A stretch of DNA of 59,329 nt from an uncultured delta proteobacterium (GTDB lineage: Bacteria; Desulfobacterota; RBG-13-43-22): NCBI GenBank assembly GCA_963843145.1, contig CAWJJC010000032.1:1-59329 (forward strand). Reading direction: 5' to 3'. How positions within the stretch are numbered: the first letter of the stretch is position 1; each line of letters opens with the position of its first letter. Position numbers and translations under genes: made by a program. The notes beneath the pieces were generated by a model, which saw nothing but the letters and a program-made list of their open reading frames with translations, was not told the origin of the DNA and did not search any database. Of the stretch, positions 54,482 to 59,329 are shown piece by piece.

Positions 54482-55912
54482 ATGACCGACCCGCCCATTC
54501 ATTATCTGACCATCTCGGACCTGATCCGACGTTACCGGGACCGATCGTTGAGTCCGGTGGAAGTCACCCGGCACCTGCTGGAGCGGATCCAGAAATTCGA
54601 CCCTCGGCTGAAATCCTTTTTACTCCTCACCCCCGAACGGGCACTGAAAGAGGCCCGGCGGGCGGAGCAGGCCTGGCTGAAACGGGACGATCCCGGGCCG
54701 CTCTGCGGCGTTCCCTACGCGGTCAAGGACCTTTTTGACGTTCAAGGAGTCCCTACCACCGCCGGCACCCACCTGAGGAAGAACGCCGTGGCCCGGTCGG
54801 ATTCCTGGGCCGGACAACGTCTGAGTCGGGCCGGAATGGTGCTCCTCGGGAAAACTCAAACGGTGCAGTTCGCCTACGGCGGGGTGGGCATCAATCACGA
54901 TCAGGGCACGCCCCTCAATCCCTGGAAACGGCGTCCTCATGTCCCCGGCGGGTCCAGTAGCGGGTCGGCCGTGGCCGTCGCCTCCGGGCTGGTCCCGGCG
55001 GCCCTGGGCACCGACACCGGCGGATCGGTGCGCATCCCCGCGTCCCTCTGCGGATTGGTGGGATTAAAAACCACCGTGGGCCGCGTCGGACGGAGCGGGG
55101 TATACCCGCTGAGCTTTCGCCTGGACTCGATCGGACCGTTGACCCGCACGGCGGAAGACGCGGCCTTGATCGGCCGAGGATTGCAGGGGATCGATCGAGG
55201 AGATGAAACCACCCGACAAGTCCCGGCGGCCGACTGGTTTGGAAGCCTCAAGGCCGGTCTGACCGGTCTTCGCCTGGGCCTGGCGGAAACCGTTTTTTTT
55301 GATCAGGCCGACCCGGAAGTGGAGGCGGCGGTGCGGGCCGCAGGGACCATTTTGAGTTCATTTGGAGCACAGGTGGAAAGCCTGGACCTGCCCGAGGCCG
55401 CCGAAGTCACCCAAAATCCCCATACCCCCCTCATCACCGCGGCCGAAGCCTGCGTGGTCAACAACGATTTTCTGGAGCGGCACTTCGAAGAACTGGATCC
55501 GGTGATTGCCCGACGTATGGTCAAGGGCCGGCAACTCTTGGCCGTCGATTATCTTTCCACCTGGAAGCAATGGCAATCCCTTCGAGAACGGGTGCGTCAA
55601 CGGCTGCGGAATTTTGACGCCCTGATCGTTCCCACCACCCCCATTCCCTCCGCGCCCTTGAAAGTCGTGGACCAGAGCCTCGAAAGCTACTACGCCTACA
55701 ACGCTCGGTACCTGCGGAACACCTTTATCGGCAATGTCCTCAATTTCTGTGCTCTGTCCATTCCCTGCGGATTCACGCGCCAAGGCCTGCCCGTCGGCCT
55801 GATGATCTACGCCCCGCCCTTCAAGGAAGGCCTGGCCCTGCGCATCGCCTCGGCCTATGAACAGGCCACCGACTGGCATCGCCGACGCCCCGACCTCTCC
55901 TGGATTGCCTAG
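54482..55912 (+). CDS. Amidase-signature family enzyme
   Basis: AVKD, PGGSSSGSA, GTDTGGSVRIPA. Confidence 0.92.
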   Translation: MTDPPIHYLTISDLIRRYRDRSLSPVEVTRHLLERIQKFDPRLKSFLLLTPERALKEARRAEQAWLKRDDPGPLCGVPYAVKDLFDVQGVPTTAGTHLRKNAVARSDSWAGQRLSRAGMVLLGKTQTVQFAYGGVGINHDQGTPLNPWKRRPHVPGGSSSGSAVAVASGLVPAALGTDTGGSVRIPASLCGLVGLKTTVGRVGRSGVYPLSFRLDSIGPLTRTAEDAALIGRGLQGIDRGDETTRQVPAADWFGSLKAGLTGLRLGLAETVFFDQADPEVEAAVRAAGTILSSFGAQVESLDLPEAAEVTQNPHTPLITAAEACVVNNDFLERHFEELDPVIARRMVKGRQLLAVDYLSTWKQWQSLRERVRQRLRNFDALIVPTTPIPSAPLKVVDQSLESYYAYNARYLRNTFIGNVLNFCALSIPCGFTRQGLPVGLMIYAPPFKEGLALRIASAYEQATDWHRRRPDLSWIA

Positions 55913-56085
55913 GTCTCAACGGAGCGGGAAGAGAGAAGAAGGAATATGGAAAATGGGGGATCAAAGAGGAGAGAGGAGAAAACAGAAAAGGAAAAAGAAG
56001 ACGGGGTGTTGAGGAATGAGTGGAAATCTGATATCCTACTGAGGAATAGGAGTTAGAAAATCTAAACCCGGGAAAGGAGCCCTCG

Positions 56086-56523
56086 ATGAAATTACCCGAA
56101 TACGTAACCGCGGCCGAAGTCAAGAAAACTTGCCAGGAATTAAAAATCAGCGACTGGACCAAAAAGAAAAAGGCGCTGGTCAGCCCGGTGGAAGCCAAAA
56201 CCATCCTACGTCTGGTCAACACCGGAAAAATGAAGGTCGATCCTGAAGAATTCCGTAAAGGCCTGGAGGTTGAACTGGAACACGGAATGACCTTCAACGA
56301 CGCCAATGTCACCAATAATCATCCCCTGCTCACCGGGCTGATCGTTATGGCCCATTTCAAGGAGACCCTGGATTACTACCGCCTGCTGGAAGTGGCGGAA
56401 TTGGAAGGCGATCTGGTCAAGGCCCTGGTCAAAGGGGATGCAAAAAAAATCAAAAACTATTATGTCCGCCTGAATCAGGCTCGAATAGTGCTCTACCAGG
56501 CTCAACTGAAACAGCTCAGGTAA
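56086..56523 (+). CDS. DUF5661-like protein
   Basis: FRKGLEVELEHG..NVTN..AH..E..DYY. Confidence 0.65.
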   Translation: MKLPEYVTAAEVKKTCQELKISDWTKKKKALVSPVEAKTILRLVNTGKMKVDPEEFRKGLEVELEHGMTFNDANVTNNHPLLTGLIVMAHFKETLDYYRLLEVAELEGDLVKALVKGDAKKIKNYYVRLNQARIVLYQAQLKQLR

Positions 56524-56632
56524 TGCAGTGCTTTTTATTCCGGAACCTGAATCTTTCAGCTAACCGGTTGCGGCCGGCGCTCAAGCAGGAATTCGGCGGA
56601 CACCCGACGGCCCCCCCCGGAGGGAAGAAGAT

Positions 56633-58183
56633 TTGAGCTTGGACGATCTCATCGACACCCCGGTGGCCCGCGGTCAAATAAACTTGGGAGGCCCGGCCCC
56701 GGGAGTCTGCCCGGTGGAAGCCGGCCAGGACCCTTTTATTATCACCATCTTTGGGGCTTCCGGAGACCTGACCAGTAAGAAACTGTTGCCGGCCCTCTAT
56801 CAGCTTTATATTCAGGAGGGCATGCCGAAACAATTCATTATTTTGGGCTGCGCCCGCACTCCGCTGAACCGGGAATCCTTCCTCTATCAGATGCACCAGG
56901 CCGTGCGCGATCACGGCACTGAAGATCTTTTCCGCTGGACCGATTTTGCCTCCCGGCTCTATTATTCCACCGTCCAATACGACTCACCCAGCGCTTACCA
57001 GGACCTGGCCCGAACCCTCGAAGACCTGGATCAGCGGCACCAAACCCAGGGCAACCGCATCTTTTATCTGGCCGTTCCCACCCCGCTGGTTCCCCAAATC
57101 GCCGGGAACCTGGGCGAAGCCGGGTTATCCCGGGAATTCGCCGAGGGAAAGGGCTGGTCACGGATCCTGGTGGAAAAACCTTTTGGCCGGGACCTGGAAT
57201 CGGCCCGCAGCCTCAACCGGGTCCTCCAACAAAGTTTCCAGGAGAGGCAGATCTTCCGCCTGGATCATTACCTGGCCAAGGAAACGGTGCAAAACATATT
57301 GATGTTCCGTTTCGCCAACGCCATTTTCGAACCGCTCTGGAATCGCCAATATGTGGAATCCATAGGGATCACCGCCGCCGAGACTTTGGGTATCGAAAAG
57401 CGGGCGGGCTATTACGATCAGACCGGGGTGATCCGGGATATGTTCCAGAATCATTTGATGCAGCTCCTGGCCTTGTCGGCCCTGGAACCCCCTTCCCTTT
57501 TCGAGGGCGATCAGGTCCAGGATGAAAAGCTGAAACTCTTCCAAGCCCTGCGTCCGTTCCCGATCGATGACTGGACTGAAAACCTGGTGCTGGGGCAGTA
57601 CCAGGCCGGAACGGCGGACGGGAAACCCGTTCGCGGTTACCGGGAAGAGCCGGGAGTCCGCCCGGATTCCCTGACTCCCACCTTCGCCCGAATGCGACTT
57701 TTTCTGGACAATTGGCGCTGGCAGGGGGTGCCTTTTGTTCTCACCTCCGGCAAGCGACTGACCCGGAAGAAAACGGAGATCGTCATTCAGTTCAAGTCCA
57801 TTCCCCATTCCATGTTCCGGGGAATCCTCGGGGACGCCATCCCGGCCAACCGGCTGACCCTCGGCATTCAACCGGAAGAAATCATCACCCTGCAGTTTCA
57901 AACCAAGAAGCCCGGCTCCCCGGTTCAATCGCAGCCGGTCACCATGATCTTCGACTATCGTCAGGGTTTCACTTCGCCCCCCCTGGAGGCCTATGAAAAG
58001 GTGCTGCTCGACTGCCTGCAGGGGGACCACATGCTCTTCTGGCGCCAGGACGGGCTGGAACGTTGCTGGTCCTTTCTGACGCCGATCCTCAACGCCTGTG
58101 AAACCTGCTCACAACTGGACCAACGAGTATACCCTTATCCGGCGGGTAGTGAGGGACCGGCGGCCGCCCAGCGGATCGTCTAA
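56633..58183 (+). CDS. zwf: Glucose-6-phosphate 1-dehydrogenase
   Basis: [37 protein letters not shown]. Confidence 0.97.
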   Translation: MSLDDLIDTPVARGQINLGGPAPGVCPVEAGQDPFIITIFGASGDLTSKKLLPALYQLYIQEGMPKQFIILGCARTPLNRESFLYQMHQAVRDHGTEDLFRWTDFASRLYYSTVQYDSPSAYQDLARTLEDLDQRHQTQGNRIFYLAVPTPLVPQIAGNLGEAGLSREFAEGKGWSRILVEKPFGRDLESARSLNRVLQQSFQERQIFRLDHYLAKETVQNILMFRFANAIFEPLWNRQYVESIGITAAETLGIEKRAGYYDQTGVIRDMFQNHLMQLLALSALEPPSLFEGDQVQDEKLKLFQALRPFPIDDWTENLVLGQYQAGTADGKPVRGYREEPGVRPDSLTPTFARMRLFLDNWRWQGVPFVLTSGKRLTRKKTEIVIQFKSIPHSMFRGILGDAIPANRLTLGIQPEEIITLQFQTKKPGSPVQSQPVTMIFDYRQGFTSPPLEAYEKVLLDCLQGDHMLFWRQDGLERCWSFLTPILNACETCSQLDQRVYPYPAGSEGPAAAQRIV

Positions 58184-58272
58184 ACGGATTGTTTTGACAA
58201 TCTGACTTCCTTTTGGTATTTCTGAAAATCATTGTTCATAAAATATGCGGGTTTCATGAGGAGGCCTGAACC

Positions 58273-59040
58273 TTGATACCGGAAGTCCATAGCTTTACGG
58301 ATCAGCGTAGGTGGGTGGATTCCGCGGCCGACTTGATTTACCGGTCGGTATCCGAAAGGATTTCCAAGAGCGGGGTCTGCACCCTGGCCCTGGCGGGCGG
58401 GAAGACCCCCCAACCCTTGTATGAACGTCTCAGTCAACCTCCCTATCTTCAGGCCCTCTGCTGGCCGGCGATTCACCTCTTTCTGGGAGATGAACGGTGC
58501 GTCCCCTTTGAACACGAGGAAAGCAATTACGGGATGGCCCAGCGCCACTTGATCTCCCGGGTCCCCATTCCGGTTCAAAATTGCCATCCCATACCGGTTT
58601 ATGCCGGACCCAGCCCCCAAATTGCCCTCCTGTATGAAGAGGAGCTGAAAAGATATTTTCAACACCTGCCGGCGCAAAGTGAATCACTGATCAAAGACTC
58701 CCAAGGCCATTTTTTCCCGGTCTTCGATCTGATTATTCTGGGAATGGGCCAGGACGGCCATACCGCCTCCCTTTTCCCGGGCGATCCGGCCTTAAAAGAG
58801 AACCTGCGCTGGGCGGCCTTTGTTCAGAAATCACCCCGTCCGCCCCGTTTGCCGCGAGCCACCCTCACCCTGCCAGTCTTGCGCAACGCCCGTCTGGTAT
58901 TATTCTTTATCTCCGAGGCCGAAAAAAAGGAGATCATCACCAAAGTGCTGGACCAAACCGAGCGTTTGACCAGCAGTTACCCGGCCGCCCTGGTCCGGCC
59001 GGAGGGAAAATTAGTCTGGATGATTTTGAAGGAAGGATAG
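58273..59040 (+). CDS. pgl: 6-phosphogluconolactonase
   Basis: LAGGKTP, GDERCVP..ESNY, LGMGQDGHTASLFP. Confidence 0.95.
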   Translation: MIPEVHSFTDQRRWVDSAADLIYRSVSERISKSGVCTLALAGGKTPQPLYERLSQPPYLQALCWPAIHLFLGDERCVPFEHEESNYGMAQRHLISRVPIPVQNCHPIPVYAGPSPQIALLYEEELKRYFQHLPAQSESLIKDSQGHFFPVFDLIILGMGQDGHTASLFPGDPALKENLRWAAFVQKSPRPPRLPRATLTLPVLRNARLVLFFISEAEKKEIITKVLDQTERLTSSYPAALVRPEGKLVWMILKEG

Positions 59041-59106
59041 CTTGGATACCGTAGCCCAGGTGATTGATCTTAATAATTAATTGTTCATTATTCATTAGAA
59101 TTAGCA

Positions 59107-59195
59107 CGTCATTCCGGACAAGCGAAGCGCGATCCGGAATCCAGGGCCGTTGGAGCCCCCAATGCCCTGGATACCGGATCGAGTCCGGTATGACG
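59107..59195. repeat. GTCAT..ATGAC palindromic element
   Basis: Arms nearly identical to 30557-30646. Confidence 0.85.
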
Positions 59196-59285
59196 GCAAA
59201 CGCCAAAGCCCAACGCAGGGCTTGATTCTATTTACATTCTAACCCCCCATGTTCGGGGCGGGCATCCCGAAGCATGAAAATTTTT

Positions 59286-59329
59286 GGTAGGGGGAGCTTT
59301 AGCCTCCCAGGTCGGGCGACTAAAGTCGC
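59286..59329. repeat. GTAG-type REP-like element, cut by the window end
   Basis: ggtagggggagctttagcctccc..gggcgactaaagtcgc. Confidence 0.5.

Noticed and set aside
54482-55912. gatA assignment
   Set aside because: No gatB or gatC nearby and only the generic amidase signature is evident, so it is left at family level.

Overview
Chromosomal window, inferred from gene content to come from an anaerobic Desulfobacterota (deltaproteobacterial) genome. Many indels break genes, including the essential ligA, so most frameshifts are probably long-read errors. Contents in order: thrS (partial), acyP and ligA; an ~11 kb signalling cluster (an output-less CheB-CheR-coiled-coil-PAS protein plus four PAS genes, three intact kinases and one relic, sharing one HQ(I/V)[10 protein letters not shown] helix); DUF1786, vapBC, aldose epimerase, PP2C and RluA; cobU-cobS-cobC-cbiB-nagZ; an L,D-transpeptidase with an Lpp/OprI-like lipoprotein; mnmG, ihfA and rlpA; benzoyl-CoA pathway genes (SDR, had, oah); era, radical SAM, rnc and pyrR; an hdrA-flxDCBA-hdrD-like redox cluster; ppiD; a flippase with three GT4 genes; a glutaredoxin, flavodoxin, amidase, DUF5661, zwf and pgl. 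Three genes split or truncated by the ORF track are probable selenoproteins (in-frame UGA). Intergenic DNA carries several palindromic and heptamer repeat families, a recurring two-hairpin element and an unidentified ~185-nt structured RNA candidate. No rRNA, tRNA, CRISPR array or intact transposase was seen. The best candidate for an undercharacterised system is the CheBR/shared-helix kinase module.
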